Positions 24,975-37,900 are shown, counted from the first letter of the stretch. The stretch is 42,077 nucleotides of DNA from Nemertoderma westbladi (GCA_032718475.1 JAUCBJ010008051.1:1-42077), one strand, 5' to 3'. Numbers and translations are program-made. The notes: generated by a model from the letters alone, not told the origin.

Positions 24975-25648
24975 TTAATATCCTTCCTACAAGGTGAAAA
25001 AAGCTCAATCTTTACTTTTACTTTTAAACTTTATGGGTGATCAAAGTAAGCACCCTTATATTAGACCCCTCGTTAGGTGCTAATTTATCTTAATTAAACG
25101 CACCTTAAATTTATTAAATAGATTACCAGTACATTAAGTGTGAGTCATTATTAAAAATAATGTAAAAGTGAATATATAAGTTTGTTGTTTTAAGCGGAGT
25201 ATTCAAAATAGTTAAAAATTAAAGAAGTTATTTATATAGTAAAAAAATAATTGAGAAAAAAAAAATCTTATTTATGAATTTTATATTGTACAAGACAAAC
25301 ATATTTTTAATTTAAAATATCTCTGATCTCTGGGTTAAATTTATGTTTTCAATACCCCGGGAACCAGGGACCTATCCAGAAACCAAAACATTGCCCGGAG
25401 AATCCAGAGATCAGCGACAGTCTCTGTATCAACTCTATAAAACATTATTAGTGACATATTATTTCCGCATCAAAAATATTTTTTTATTGATTAATAATGA
25501 AAAATAGAAAAAGCGGCGGACTTTTAAAGTTCCTACTTAATTAATAGATCCAAGTATAATTTCAAGTTCCGTTATTACCACCACAACTGTCACTAATTTG
25601 GCACATTTTTATAAAACATAATTAGATAGAGAACCATAACAACACAAT

Positions 25649-25768
25649 TTAATCGTCATCAGAGTTTGCGAATTTAATACCATGACAACCAGTATCTATG
25701 TGACCTCCTTTATAACTACCTCGCTTCTTTTTAGTTTTTTCGTGACGAAAGTTTTTCCCGGAAACGAC
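25649..25768 (-). CDS. NOLC1: Nopp140/NOLC1 last exon (end of SRP40_C domain)
   Basis: Acceptor ttttgtgttacag, then [39 protein letters not shown]. Matches the family hallmark [16 protein letters not shown]. Confidence 0.93.
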   Translation of the reverse strand, partial: VVSGKNFRHEKTKKKRGSYKGGHIDTGCHGIKFANSDDD

Positions 25769-25945
25769 CTGTAACACAAAAAAAAACATTACTATGGCAA
25801 CGGGGGACGCCTCTGGTAACCTACAAATAAACCGATACCAAACCCATTAGTAACAGACTGGAGAGACAGACAGACTGGAGAGACAGACAGACCAGAGACT
25901 GGACAGACCCCCTGTTATACACATAGACACACCATTTAGACTTAC

Positions 25946-26060
25946 CTTTAGGTCGTAGTAAGCTTTCTCTCCCCAGGACCCCACTGCTCCAGACTTGGCG
26001 GAGAAACAATTATCCTGTAGATTTGCAGGTATGAAATCAACGGCATCGTTATTCACCCTC
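25946..26060 (-). CDS. NOLC1: Nopp140/NOLC1 penultimate exon (SRP40_C domain)
   Basis: ctttattcag|G-RVNNDAVDFIPANLQDNCFSAKSGAVGSWGEKAYYDLK|gtaagt. 115 bp, phases compatible with both neighbours. Matches the PFRRV...DNSF.AK.GA.G.WGE.A...LK motif. Confidence 0.92.
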
Positions 26061-26685
26061 CTGAATAAAGTAAATAAATATATTGTGTGATGGATGATAT
26101 TACATTGTATAACCAAACTACAGAACCTTTTATTGTAGTTGTTGTATTAAATAGGAACCATTAAAACAATATATTTATTTATTGTTGTTGTTGTTGTTGT
26201 GAATTATTTTCGGTAGAGTTTTTCGGAAAAGCGTCAGAGTGACAATTCAAAAGTGCCGTACTGGGTTCGATCCTGGATTAGGTCTTTTGTGTATTTTAGT
26301 TTTTAAAGTCTAGGCGGTTTCTTTTACAGTCTGGTTACACTTTTCTAGTTATTACTAGACCTATTACACGTGGCAGCGAGTTAGGTAGCAACTTCATCAA
26401 TTGATATATTATTTTGAAGGTGTCAACGTATATCCCCACAAACTCGGATTTTCGTTTATTCAATTATTCTATATTTTTGTATCAACAAAGTAACTGGGTG
26501 CAAAGTTCCAAGTTCGAGCCCGTGTTAATGCAAGACGATGAAAGTTCAAAATTTAAATATTTTAATATAATTTTATTCCCTAACTCTCCAACCAAATCTT
26601 AAGAATAGGTTACCTTGGAAACAACACGATAAAAAAAATTCCAGAATTTATTGCAATTCTTTAACCCTAATCATCATCCACCTAA

Positions 26686-26885
26686 AGGCCATGATATACC
26701 ACAGGAGCGGCGAGCGGCCGCGGCTGATGTGAGCGGCGACGAGTTTTAGTGTGATACACTATAGGAGCGGCGAGCGGCAGCAGCCATTTGTGGTGTATCA
26801 TCACCCATAGAAAATAATGTGTTCTATTTTTAAAAAGTGGCCGCTCGCCGCTGCCGCTCGCTGCTCCTGTGGTGTATCATGGCCT
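26686..26885. mobile_element. PIF/Harbinger-type MITE (copy B)
   Basis: Same TIRs and TAA TSD as 18972-19188. Confidence 0.8.
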
Positions 26886-27171
26886 TAAGCAAAGCAGCAT
26901 ATAAGAAGTTTCTAAGGAAATATTACTGTAAATATGTAACTTATATTTAAATAATGATTTAATTTATAATTTGATAATTTAATTTATTGAAGTAGTTTAA
27001 TTACACTTGTTAAGTTTCTTAAAATTCTTTTTTAACAACACTAGAGCTAAACCATATAAGTATAGCGAACAAAAAAATAATATATAGCCCAGCAAGTGAA
27101 ATATAACTAAGTACTTTTTAAATCTGCTTATAAAAGTGTTAAATAAAAAATCTCAGAATGGGGGAATATTA

Positions 27172-27443
27172 TGCAAAAGTAGCTCAGTTGGTTGAGCGCC
27201 GGGCCTGCAATCTATTGGTTGCAGGTTCAGCCCCGCGAGGGTCCACTCAGCCTTTCATCCACTGGGGTCGATAAAATGTGTACCAGTTAAATAACTGGGA
27301 GCAAATCTTGGGATAGGAGTAGCGCCCACCCCTACCCTCGGGTAGCAGATATGAGTAGCGCCCACCCCTACCCTCGGGTAGCAGCTATCGAAAGAGGAGC
27401 CTTCGGGTCGCCTCCGGCTTCGGACGACTGTTTGCTTGCTTGC
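27172..27443 (+). mobile_element. tRNA-derived SINE (copy B) with an internal duplication
   Basis: Paralog of 19466-19702. GAGTAGCGCCCACCCCTACCCTCGGGTAGCAG is present twice. Confidence 0.8.
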
Positions 27444-27711
27444 CTCTGTTAGCAAAAAAAAAACTATATTGTTAGGGACCATCAAATTCACAACTGGCAC
27501 ATTTTCAGAGGATAAACCGATGGAATATCGCTATTTTTTGAGCACCCTGATAAAAACATAATACAATATAGTGGCTACCAAGCAATAAATTATAGAGTAA
27601 AACTCTTTTTGAACACACCCCACGCGTATCAGAATTCCTATACCGTATACTATAGATTGGTTTTTATAGTTTATTTCGAACAAAAATTAACGAGGCATAA
27701 AAAAAACTAAC

Positions 27712-30700
27712 CTAAATGGTTTGTTTGGTTTATTTTTTCGATGTTTATCCTTCGCAACATCGATGGAGTTATTATTAGAGACAAAGGATGTTCCTGGAGA
27801 GTTCACCAACTGTCCGTGAATCTCGTCGTTCCCGTTAACAACCAGCGAATCGCCGAGGGATATCGCGCCGTTAATCGCCCTGGGAACGGGACGCAACGGA
27901 GTCGAAGTCAACCCACCGCCAACCAGGTTATTCCGACGTCGTTCAATTTCATCGCATTTCTTAGCTGCCGACATGTACGGCAGTTCGGGGTCACTAAGAT
28001 CAGACGAGTGCGGAGATGCGATAGGAGAGGAGAATGATTTATTAAACTTAGAACGCTTTCTAGGCACCGCTGATCCACTATCAACATTTATATTACTGGT
28101 CTTCCATTTTTTTAATGATGTGCTGGTACGATTGGGAGAGCTAAGTATGGTGGAGTTATTCCCCGACGTATTAGATTCTTTCAACATTTGTAGTCCATCT
28201 CCACATGTGTCTGAAGTAGATCCAACTTTGGTACATTTAGTAGATGCACCAAGTGTTTTAGTCACTGGAGTTCCTTTGACTGCTGGGATTTTAACTTTCT
28301 TGTTTGGTACATCATCTTCATCTGAGCTACTATCTGACTCGCTAGATTCTTTAGAAGTTTGTTGTTTAGATTTGGATGGGGCAGGACAAACTTTGGTACC
28401 TTTAGGAGGTGCAACAAGTGTCTTAGTCACTGGAGTTCCTTTGACTGCTGGGATTTTAACTTTCTTGTTTGGTACATCATCTTCATCTGAGCTACTATCT
28501 GACTCGCTAGATTCTTTAGAAGTTTGTTGTTTTGATTTGGATGCGGTAGAACTAACTTTGGTACCTTTAGTAGATGCCACACGTTTTTTAGTCACTGGAG
28601 TTCCTTTGACTGCTGGGATTTTAACTTTCTTGTTTGGTACATCATCTTCATCTGAGCTACTATCTGACTCGCTAGATTCTTTAGAAGTTTGCTGTTTAGA
28701 TTTGGATGGGGCAGGACAAACTTTGGTACCTTTAGGAAGTGCAACAAGTGTCTTAGTCATTGGAGTTCCTTTGACTGCTGGGATTTTATCCTTCTTGTTC
28801 GGTACATCATCTTCATCTGAGCTACTATCTGACTCACTAGATTCTTTAGAAGTTTGTTGTTTAGATTTGGATGGGGCAGGACAAACTTTGGTACCTTTAG
28901 GAGGTGCAGCAAGTGTTTTAGTAACTGGAGTTCCTTTGACTGCAGGGATTTTAACTTTCTTGTTTGGATCATCCTCTTCATCGGAGCTACTATCTGACTC
29001 ACTAGATTCTTTAGAAGTTTGTTGTTTAGATTTGGATGGGGCAGGACAAACTTTGGTACCTTTAGGAGGTGCAGCAAGTGTTTTAGTAACTGGAGTTCCT
29101 TTGACTGCAGGGATTTTAACTTTCTTGTTTGGATCATCCTCTTCATCGGAGCTACTATCTGACTCACTAGATTCTTTAGAAGTTTGTTGTTTAGATTTGG
29201 ATGGGGCAGGACAAACTTTGGTACCTTTAGGAGGTGCAGCAAGTGTTTTAGTAACTGGAGTTCCTTTGACTGCAGGGATTTTAACTTTCTTGTTCGGTAC
29301 ATCATCTTCATCTGAGCTACTATCTGACTCACTAGATTCTTTATAAGTTTGTTGTTTAGATTTGGATGAGGTAGAACTAACTTTGGTACATTTAGTAGCT
29401 GCAGCAAGTGTTTTAGTAACTGGAGTTCCTTTGACTGCAGGGATTTTAACTTTCTTGTTTGGATCATCCTCTTCATCTGAGCTACTATCTGACTCACTAG
29501 ATTCTTTAGAAGTTTGTTGTTTTGATTTGGATGCGGTAGAACTAACTTTGGTACATTTAGTAGGTGCAGCAAGTGTTTTAGTAACTGGAGATCCTTTGAC
29601 TGCTGGGATTTTAACTTTCTTGTTTGGTACATCATCTTCATCTTCATCTGAGCTACTATCTGACTCACTAGATTCTTTATAAGTTTGTGGTTTAGATTTG
29701 GATGCGGTAGAACTAACTTTGGTACCTTTAGTAGGTGCAGCAAGTGTTAGAGTCACTGGAGTTCCTTTGACTGCTGGGACTTTAAAATTCTTGTTCGGTA
29801 CATCATCTTCATCGGAGCTACTATCTGACTCACTAGATTCTTTAGAAGTTTGTTGTTTAGATTTGGATGGGGCAGGACAGACTTTGGTACCTTTAGTAGG
29901 TGCAGCAAGTGTTTTAGTAACTGGAGTTCCTTTGACTGCAGGGATTTTAACTTTCTTGTTTGGATCATCCTCTTCATCGGAGCTACTATCTGACTCACTA
30001 GATTCGTTAGAAGTTTGCTGTTTAGATTTGGATGGGGTAGAACTACCTTTGGTACATTTAGTAGGTGCAGCAAGTGTTTTAGTAACTGGAGTTCCTTTGA
30101 CTGCAGGAATTTTAACTTTCTTGTTCGGTACATCATCTTCATCGGAGCTACTATCTGACTCACTAGATACTTTATAAGTTTGTGGTTTAGATTTGGATGC
30201 GGTAGAACTAACTTTGGTACCTTTAGTAGGTACAGCAAGTGTTTTAGTCACTGGAGTTCCTTTGACTGCTGGGATTTTAACTTTCTTGTTCGGTACATCA
30301 TCTTCATCGGAGCTACTATCTGACTCACTAGATTCTTTAGAAGTTTGTTGTTTAGATTTGGATGGGGCAGGACAAACTTTGGTACCTTTAGTAGGTGCAG
30401 AAGGGGTTTTAGTCACTGCAGTTCCTTTGGCTGCTGGGATTTTAACTTTCTTGTTCGGTACATCATCTTCATCGGAGCTACTATCTGACTCACTAGATTC
30501 TTTATAAGTTTGTTGTTTAGATTTGGATGCGGTAGAACTAACTTTGGTACCTTTAGTAGGTGCAACAAGTGTTTTAGTCACTGGAGTTCCTTTGACTGCA
30601 GGGATTTTAACTTTCTTGTTCGGTACATCATCTTCATCGGAGCTACTATCTGACTCACTAGATTCTTTATAAGTTTGTTGTTTAGATTTGGATGCGGTAG

Positions 30701-32993
30701 AACTAACTTTGGTACCTTTAGTAGGTGCAGCAAGTGTTTTAGTCACTGGAGTTCCTTTGACTGCTGGGATTTTAACTTTCTTGTTCGGTACATCATCTTC
30801 ATCGGAGCTACTATCTGACTCACTAGATGCTTTATAAGTTTGTTGTTTAGATTTGGATGCGGTAGAACTAACTTTGGTACCTTTAGTAGGTGCAGCAAGT
30901 GTTTTAGTAACTGGAGTTCCTTTGACTGCAGGGATTTTAACTTTCTTGCTTGGTACATCATCTTCATCTGAGCTACTATCTGACTCACTAGATTCTTTAT
31001 AAGTTTGTTGTTTAGATTTGGATGCGGTAGAACTAACTTTGGTACCTTTAGTAGGTGCAGCAAGTGTTTTAGTCACTGGAGTTCCTTTGACTGCTGGGAT
31101 TTTAACTTTCTTGCTTGGTACATCATCTTCATCTGAGCTACTATCTGACTCACTAGATTCTTTATAAGTTTGTTGTTTAGATTTGGATGCGGTAGAACTA
31201 ACTTTGGTACATTTAGTAGGTGCAGCAAGTGTTTTAGTAACTGGAGTTCCTTTGACTGCAGGGATTTTAACATTCTTGTTTGGTACATCATCTTCATCTG
31301 AGCTACTATCTGACTCACTAGATTCTTTATAAGTTTGTTGTTTAGATTTGGATGCGGTAGAACTAACTTTGGTACCTTTAGTAGGTGCAGCAAGTGTTTT
31401 AGTCACTGGAGTTCCTTTGATTGCTGGGATTATAACTTTCTTGTTTGGATTATCCTCTTCATCAGAGCTACTATCTGACTCACTAGATTCTTTATAAGTT
31501 TGTTGTTTAGATTTGGATGCGGTAGAACTAACTTTGGTACCTTTAGTAGGTGCAGCAAGTGTTTTAGTCACTGGAGTTCCTTTGATTGCTGGGATTATAA
31601 CTTTCTTGTTTGGATTATCCTCTTCATCGGAGCTACTATCTGACTCACTAGATTCTTTATAAGTTTGTTGTTTAGATTTGGATGAGGTAGAACTAACTTT
31701 GGTATCTTTAGTAGGTGCAGCAAGTGTTTTAGTCACTGGAGTTCCTTTGACTGCTGGGATTTTAACTTTCTTGTTTGGACCATCCTCTTCATCTGAGCTA
31801 CTATCTGACTCACTAGATTCTTTATAAGTTTGTTGTTTAGATTTGGATGAGGTAGAACTAACTTTGGTATCTTTAGTAGGTGCAGCAAGTGTTTTAGTCA
31901 CTGGAGTTCCTTTGACTGCTGGGATTTTAACTTTCTTGTATGGACCATCCTCTTCATCAGTGCTACTATCTGACTCACTAGATTCTTTATAAGTTTGTTG
32001 TTTAGATTTGGTTGCGGTAGAACTAACTTTGGTATTTTTATTAGGTGCAGCAAGTGTTTTAGTCACTGGAGTTCCTTTGACTGCTGGGATATTAACTTTC
32101 TTGTTTGGTACATCATCTTCATCTGAGCTACTATCTGACTCACTAGATTCTTTATAAGTTTGTTGTTTAGATTTGGATGCGGTAGAACTAACTTTGGTAC
32201 CTTTAGTAGATACACCAAGTGTTTTAGTCACTGGAGTTCCTTTGACTGCAGGGATTTTAACTTTCTTGTTTGGTACATCATCTTCATCTGAGCTACTATC
32301 TGACTCACTGGATTCTTGGTATGTTTGTTGTTTAGATTTGGGTGCTGTAGAAATAACTTTGGAACCTGTTGTAGGTGCAGCATGTGTTTTAGTCACTGGA
32401 GTTACTTTGACTGCAGGGATTTTAACTTTCTTGTTTGGATCATCCTCTTCATTGGAGCTACTATCTGACTCACTAGATACTTTAGAAGTTTGTTGTTTTG
32501 ATTTGGATGAGGTAGAACTAACTTTGGTACCAGTACCTTTAGTAGATGCACCAAGTGTTTTAGTCACTAGAGTTCCTTTGACTACAGGGATTTTAACTTT
32601 CTTGTTTGGGTCATCCTCTTCATTGGAGCTACTATCTGACTCACTAGATTCTTGAGAAGTTTGTTGTTTTGATTTGGATGAGGTAGAACTAACTTTGGAA
32701 CCTGTAGTAGGTGCAGCATGTGTTTTAGTCACTGGAGTTCCTTTGACTGCAGGGATTTTAACTTTCTTGTTTGGTACATCATCTTCATCGGAGCTACTAT
32801 CTGACTCACTGGATTCTTGGTATGTTTGTTGTTTACATTTGGGTGCTGTAGAAATAACTTTACTTTTACACTCTGGCTGTATGGAAAACGAGATTTCTGT
32901 ACCGATATCTTTCTTTGCTCGTTTGACCAGAAGAGGACTTTCAATGTGATGAGGTCTTTTATTTATACTTGAAATACTACCAGTATGAGACAT
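27712..32993 (-). CDS. NOLC1: Nopp140/NOLC1-family nucleolar phosphoprotein, giant repeat exon (28 x 55-aa repeats); true 5' boundary uncertain
   Basis: Uninterrupted 5.3-kb frame of alternating SSESDSSSDEDD acidic and K/P/A/T/V basic tracts. Ends KPNKPF-AG|gttagt and splices in frame to the SRP40_C exons. 1838 aa if translated from the ATG at 32993. Confidence 0.88.
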
Positions 32994-33242
32994 CTCTCTC
33001 TATCTATCTATATATATATAGGCCTATAAGTATAAATATAATTGTATAGCATTCATTTATTACTACTAATGCTTTATCCTTAATGCCTAGTTCAGTTAAT
33101 GATTAGAAAGAAACAAAAATATCCCAATAATAGCTAATTGATAGCGTATGTCATTAGGCCTACTGCCAACCTTAAAACACAAGTAGGCTTTGACTGAATT
33201 TGTTGTCTGCATGTTGGAGAAAAAGGTCAATAATAACTATTT

Positions 33243-33378
33243 ACATACTTGTGTGTAAAGTAGCACTTTACAGTGTGATGATCCGAGTGGTTTTGTTACA
33301 CGAACGAACGTTAGTGAGTGAGTGAAAATAAAGCCACGAGGATCAGAACACTGTAAAGTACTTTGCAAGAAGTATGTA
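33243..33378. repeat. Imperfect hairpin related to the left end of the 4986-6216 element
   Basis: AAGTAGCACTTTACAGTGT...ACACTGTAAAGTACTTTGCAAG parallels AAGTAGCACTTTGCAGCGT...ACGCTGAGAAGTTACCTTTGCAAG. Confidence 0.6.
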
Positions 33379-33590
33379 TGTAGTTTTATTCCAAAATTTT
33401 AACATTACGAAATGATTGTATATGTACAACTGTACATATATATTATAAGTTATAGAACTGCACAAATTATATTATAAGTGATAGAACTGCACAAATTATA
33501 TTAGTTGCTGTATAAATAATTGTAAAAATGACATAAATAATGTTATAAATAAGTTAGCTTATATTTATAGTTATAATTTGGGGGCCTTAA

Positions 33591-34320
33591 CCCTATCTTG
33601 TCATTTCTATTTTCACTAATTGGCCCGGGGTGGGTGGTTATTTTTGGAATTTTTCTAGATCTTGGCTGAAAAATTACAATTTTGTGGTATAAGGGTTTTC
33701 GAGGTCGCTGATCACGATAGAACTTGTTAAAAATATTTAATGGAAGTGAAACATTACATTTTTATCAATTTGTGCTACCGGTACTTGTATTTTTCGAGCC
33801 AAATTGGCACATGTCCAAAAATGCCACAATGAACCGGATATGATATGATAGTCATATTCATGATCAGCATCCCGGAAAGCCCCTAATGTGACAAAATTAG
33901 TTTTATTTGTGGTGATTTTTCATTATCATATTTGCACTACTTGCGCTAACTTTTCGTGCCCCGGGGCACATTCAAAATTACTAGAAAATTTCTCGGATGT
34001 TCTATTCTATCTGAGTTCTATAATCATGATCAGCATTAAAAAAAACCGCTATATGCCGCAATTAAATGAATTTTATCGTGCTATTAAAACTTTTGAAAAA
34101 ATTTTCGCGCGAAAATTTCTGGAGATAAGTGCCAGAAATGGGACAACACGAAAATGAACATAGCTATTGGCGTTTGCGCTGGTGGATAGCCCATTAAATT
34201 TTAGGAAAAGTCGCGAAATCTGGGTTTTCCCACCATACCATACCTATACCTGGCTTAAAGATACAGTTGAGTTACAAAAAAATGTCTAAAATAACCACCC
34301 CGGGCCCGGGCCAAATAGGG
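33591..34320. mobile_element. piggyBac-like non-autonomous element with TTAA TSD
   Basis: TTAA|CCCTAT...TTGGCCCGGGG..GGTGGTTATTTT on the left; AAAATAACCACCCCGGGCCCGGGCCAAATAGGG|TTAA on the right. Confidence 0.75.
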
Positions 34321-34829
34321 TTAAAAAATGACAGGGAATTCTATCTACCCATAACCTTATGGCCAAAAGTTAGGTTTTTTGGGCTCATACCTAAAAAGTA
34401 AAAACCAACGTTGACCAAAAATATATTCTTAATTTCTTTGGTTCAATATCCTGGTGTCGTTAATGGAAAGGAGCAGAATACAGTGACATGTAATTCTAAC
34501 CAAATCGAATAAACGAGAGTCAATATTACATGTTACAATTAAATTTTTGCTGGGAATAAATATATTTATGGTAAGAAATATATTTCTATAGAAATAAAAC
34601 TACTGTATTACTCAACACCTAACGCTAATGACACAGGACCTAATTATATAAGTAACATAGTAACATAAAGGACCCCTTTGTAAATAAGCTACCGGTACAG
34701 CTTTAAGGGTAATACGATAATGTTGGACAATACCTATTAGAATATTGTTATTGTTTTTACATAATGTGTGATAATAATTTCACAAACTAATTGAAACTAT
34801 TAAACTAGTTAGTAAACTGGTAATTCCTG

Positions 34830-34935
34830 TAAAATTCCGGCCGGAATTGACCCTATTCCGATAATTCCGGCCGGAACCGGAATATGGCAAAAACTGCCGG
34901 AATTGGGGCCGGAATGGAATTTCGGGATATCCCTA
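34830..34935. mobile_element. hAT-like end with CCGGAAT subterminal repeats
   Basis: Clustered ATTCCGGCCGGAAT motifs ending in GATATCCCTA. The partner end was not seen. Confidence 0.4.
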
Positions 34936-34998
34936 GTAACCATGACGGCGTTAAGTAATGTCCACTAGGGGGACATTACTTAACGCCGTCATGGTTAC
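34936..34998. repeat. Perfect 28-bp inverted repeat with a 7-nt loop
   Basis: GTAACCATGACGGCGTTAAGTAATGTCC-ACTAGGG-GGACATTACTTAACGCCGTCATGGTTAC. Confidence 0.92.
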
Positions 34999-37900
34999 CA
35001 CGTAAACAATAACAACACCAAATACAATACTAAATGTACGTACAGGCCAATACCTCAACAGGCTGTAATGTCCTCTAAAGTTGTAAAGTGCTAAATAACA
35101 ACTCGCTGTTAATACTAACGGCGTTGAGTAATGTTACAATTTTGGAATAAAATATATTATTATACCGGTACTGGTAAATTTATAAACTATAACGGGAGAT
35201 TATGGACCAAAATTAAAGAGAGCAACCCACTATGTAAATAATGGTACTATTGCTAACCAGTGGCGGATTTAGGGGGTATACCCCTTGGAAAAAAACTGAA
35301 GGTCTAATTTGTTACTTTCCATATCTTTATTCAGCAACACTACTTCTCAGTTCTTCTCATCAAACAAAATAACCCTAATCCTATAAAATTCCGCTCGCGT
35401 TTGCTTACATAAACTTAATGGGCATACTTACTGAAGTTATTGTCTGATTACCAATCTGCCAATTACGTAGCATTTGTTTGTAATCTGATCAACATAAGTT
35501 TAATGTTTAATAGTTGAGGGTAGCGAAAGCAAAATGCTTATGGCACCAGTACAAATCGATAGAAAAACCAATTACTGGAAAGGTCAAACTGAAAGTAAAT
35601 AATATGTATTACCGGTATGTATGTATGTATGTACAGTATACGTGTAGCAAACGTTTTGTAAAATCATGAAACTGATAAAATTTTGTAAAATATTAGATAG
35701 AATCATGGCGTATAAAAACAGTACGGTATGTAAAATAGGTCAAGACATTTGAACACATAAATTTACATGGATTAGCTTCTAACACTACACGATGAGAAAA
35801 TAAGTACAGTACACAGTTTAAGCTTTAAGGGTTAAAATAAAATATAAAATAAAATTAAAAATTCGATAAAATCGTTGTATAGAAACAGTTTGGTATGTAG
35901 ATTTTCGGGATTTAATTAAAATAAAATATAGCATATGACTGTATGAATTGGATTATTTGAGAAATAAAATCACAAGTAAAAAATCGAGCCTTACTTATTT
36001 ATTAACCAATAAGAAAATAATCGGTACTTACTCTGCACCAACTATAGTAGTCGTGGAATGGCTCTAATGGCGTTCCATAAGTCCGCAGAATCCGGTACGG
36101 TAACTTAATGGATAACCTTGGATTGCGATCATACAATCAACCTTTGAGTAGGCCTAAGGCTGAAGGCAGTACGGTATGTCTTCGAACAATGAACTGATGA
36201 ATGTACTTCAAGTTGGTGGTTGGCGAGTCATAAACCAGTAAACTCCAACTGACTCTAGTGTTTCAAATTCCCAGAGTCAATGACCTTCTTCAAAATAAGT
36301 TCGTGGGCCATCGCGATGTACCGTACCGAATAGCGTTTCGGGGATCTGTGTGTCTTTTCCCCATTGCCACAACTTCTGTCAGTCTGTTAATTACGACCAA
36401 AGGAACAGGTCACAGGTCCCAGGCATGACGTAACGACAGACATAGACATCGGAACATAGTAATACCTTCAAGCAAATGTTTACACAACCGATCTATTTGC
36501 CCTCATAGAAAACGAAGAGTTCCAACTCAACGGTTTTACATTTAATACAAACGTCCAACGATTCTGCAGTCCAGCAGTCCATGGCAGATTGTAAACCCGG
36601 GTGCCGGGAGTAGATCCCCATCCCAGCACCCAGCTTCAAGTTCAATGAACCCAGACAGCCAGGCTGCCAGGTACTTCGACTGCAATGAGCTAATCCCTAT
36701 CTGTCGTTCTTCGACAGACTGACAGACGGTGTTTGACAGTTTGACGTGGCCGTCGTGGCGTAGAGGTAGAAGGTGATCGCGGTATAGGCCCTACAGAATA
36801 TAGGAAGCCGGTACTCCAGGCCAGTACTCCGGGAAAATCATTTCTGATTTAGCTGTTTAGTGTAACAGTCAGACAGTTGGTAGTTGGTCGCAATGAACCA
36901 GACCCACCGGCTGACCGGCCACCTTCAAGCTTCAACTGTCAACCTTAATATGAACAGATGAATGTGCTTAATGCTGTAATGAACTCTCGCCAGTCAGAGT
37001 GACTGGCGAGTGACAGCCAGTGGCTGACTGGGTGCTGGGCTGGGTGATACCAGGCTGCCAGGATACAGAAGACCGCATGGTGTCATCGTCATCGCCGAGT
37101 CGCATTGGCACTATCAAATCAAATCAAATCAATGAGCTCGTTAGAGCTCGTATATTTTTCCATATTAGTATAACACAATGAGTGAATGTATTATCAGCTT
37201 ACTGTGCAGCTGTGCCAGTGAACGTTTATTTGCAAATTTTATGTGTTAGATACAAGCAGACAAGACTGCAAGAATACTGGAATACGGCCATTGACAGATT
37301 GAGTTAGGCCGACTACAGAACTAATCATCAAATAAATAGTTACGGTCTGACGGTTGTCAGGTTGTCAGGTTGTGTGGCGAAATAAAATTGTTACAGACTA
37401 CCGGTTGCCGGTACATCGTCGGTACGTGCAGACGTGCTACGCCGCTTCGGTCTGTAGCGTCGGTCATGTCGGTGGATTACCTAACTCAGTAACTAGGCCT
37501 ATCAGTCTATCTGCCTATACATGTATACAATATACCACACTACCTGCTGACCTGTCACTGTCAGCCTGTCTGCCAGTAGTCCAGTACGGTACCAGTCGCC
37601 AGTAATCAGTCTATACAACTAACAGACTAATCTACATTATTAAGAAATATTAAAATATAGAAAACAATCAGACAATACATGAAAGCAACAGGTACGGTAC
37701 CATTTGAAAAACTAACAGCAACAGACTAGGCCTATCAGCCTATGTAATACCAAAAATAGATTCTCCATAATTTTTTACCCCAGGATGTGTACCGGTACTG
37801 GTACTGGTGTATGTTTAGGCCTACTGTGACTGGTTTATCAGTTCAAACCAAGGACTACTATACTACAGGACTGGCACACCCCTTCATCCGACTTCGCTAG

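Larger units (their letters stand above)
33384..35152. mobile_element. Putative non-autonomous element bounded by 25-bp inverted repeats, with nested inserts
   Basis: TTTTATTCCAAAATTTTAACATTAC versus GTAATGTTACAATTTTGGAATAAAA (one mismatch). Confidence 0.45.

Noticed and set aside
27687-27711. C-terminus LVFFMPR* of the 1768-aa ORF
   Set aside because: Better explained as read-through past a GTTAGT donor, because splicing restores PFRRV and the SRP40_C domain.
19998-32949. Long plus-strand hydrophobic ORFs and alternate-frame minus ORFs over the 165-bp arrays
   Set aside because: Shadows of the coding repeat, repeatedly interrupted by stops and mostly starting at non-ATG codons. Only the Nopp140 frame stays open across copy B.
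27712-32993. Treacle/TCOF1 or mucin call
   Set aside because: The SRP40_C exons are diagnostic of Nopp140/NOLC1, and no signal peptide is seen.
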